NCBI GenBank assembly: GCA_000934665.2
Contig: KZ538265.1
Span: 62,001-100,382 of the forward strand
DNA from: Catajapyx aquilonaris
Taxonomy: Eukaryota
DNA: 38,382 bases
Direction of reading: 5' to 3'
Shown here: piece after piece, positions 37,050 through 38,382 of the stretch
Layout: every line of letters begins with the position of its first letter
How positions within the stretch are numbered: the stretch's first letter is position 1
Program-made: the position numbers and the translations under genes
The notes under the pieces: generated by a model
Databases searched by the model: none
The model's input: the letters and a program-made list of their open reading frames with translations, nothing else
Told to the model about the DNA's origin: nothing

Positions 37050-38262
37050 TTTTTAAAACACCTGCTTAATGGGAGGGGGCGGTCACTTTTTTCGAAGAAA
37101 AAAGTCAGAGACATAAAAAGTATATTAAATGATCGAGTAGCTTCGCTCGTTTTGTCCATCCCGTCAACCCCCGCCCTACTCACCCCATAGTTCCTGCATT
37201 TGTCTTGTACCAGGGAGTTCCATTCTCTAACCTATCACCCCCCATAATATTTAACTCTATAATTTAAACTATAGGTCCTATAAAATCACAAGCACATGCA
37301 AATTAATCAGCACACTTTTTAGGGCATTTCCAATGGTTTGTTTCAGCCTGACCTTTGACCTGAAAGCCCCTAATATTAGGTTTTTGGTCCGGGGCCAGGC
37401 CCTACCTCGGTCTCCATCTGTCGGGCCTCTCGTAATGAGACTGTACAGAGCACAGTACATATATACGGTATATACAGTAACAGTATATATCTCTCGATGT
37501 GAACAAGTATGCCCCTATAGCCAAATGTAGCAGTCCCAGTTGGCTGGTATCAGTATGAATGTGACGTAGGCGAGTGGTCACCTCTTGGGGTCATCAGGAC
37601 GGACATTCGGCATCGCCGTTTCGTGGCATTGATCTATGGATTAATAAAATAATAAATCCCCACCCGCTTCTGCTGTGGGTGGAGATGCGCAGATCGTTCG
37701 ACGCGGTTTTAGATAGGCAAATTCTCGTGTATAGGCTTGGTCACCTTCCTGTCTCTTTGACCTTACATATTCCCCCCTTTCCACCCCCGCCCCGCTAGTA
37801 TGCTAGTAGGTTAGAGGCATCCTTGGTCACATGGAGAGATATACTGTATATCTATGTACTGTGCTCTGTACAGTCTCATTACGAGAGGCCCGACAGATGG
37901 AGACCGAGGTAGGGCCTGGCCCGGACCAAAAACCTAATATTAGGGGCTTTCAGGTCAAAGGTCAGGCTGAAACAAACCATTGGAAATGCCCTAAAAAGTG
38001 TGCTGATTAATTTGCATGTGCTTGTGATTTTATAGGACCTATAGTTTAAATTGTAGAGTTAAATATTAGGGGGGGTGATAGGTTTGAGAATGGAACTCCC
38101 TGGTATAAGACAAATGCAGGGACTATGGGGTGCGTAGGGTGGGGGCTGCCGGGATGGACAACACAAGCGAAGCCACTTGATCATTTAATTTACTTTTTTT
38201 TCTCTGACTTTTTTCTTCGAAAAAAGTGACCGCCCCCTCCCATTAAGAAGGTGTTTTAAAAA
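37050..38262. repeat. Long inverted repeat (arms ~37050-37513 and ~37816-38262, ~300-bp spacer); probable fold-back DNA transposon derivative
   Basis: 37261-37461 is the reverse complement of 37853-38052 except for one 1-nt indel. The outer arms are more diverged. A TACAGGGTG Tc1/mariner-like end at ~36867 may be the true left terminus. Confidence 0.9.
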
Positions 38263-38382
38263 TTTCCAAAAAAGAATCTCCCCGATTGGTCCGACCGACG
38301 CAATTTGTAGTGGACGTTGTTCGCAATAACTTCATATGGTAGGTGCAACTCAGGTTTATCACATCTTTTCCGGTACTGGGAT

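Noticed and set aside
1..38382. CRISPR arrays or prokaryotic defence/operon systems
   Set aside because: The sequence is eukaryotic with spliceosomal introns, and no regularly spaced repeat-spacer array was seen.

Overview
Gene-dense eukaryotic genomic DNA with GT-AG spliceosomal introns. It is probably from an insect or other arthropod, an inference from protein sequences and repeat types. Exon structures were built by hand with consistent splice phases. Left to right: the 5' end of a secreted or membrane LRR-type gene (- strand) nested in an intron of a mitochondrial carnitine/acylcarnitine carrier (SLC25A20/colt, last two exons, +); ARPC4 (-); a ~1144-aa protein with a disordered acidic N-terminus and degenerate NDK-like repeats (tentatively DNAAF8/Daap1-like, +); MIA40/CHCHD4 (-); UPF2 (+); TMEM43 (-); and G6PD (+). 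Six of these genes form three head-to-head pairs. Mobile DNA includes a tRNA-derived SINE with a V-domain-like core, (ATT)19 tail and 16-bp TSD; a fold-back mariner derivative; a Helitron mosaic flanked by a duplicated poly(A)-signal segment; a tRNA-Ala pseudogene; and a ~1.2-kb palindrome at the right end. I found no clearly new biological system. The best leads are the nested LRR gene, the NDK pseudo-enzyme, possible NMD autoregulation of UPF2 via uORFs, and the Helitron-associated duplication.
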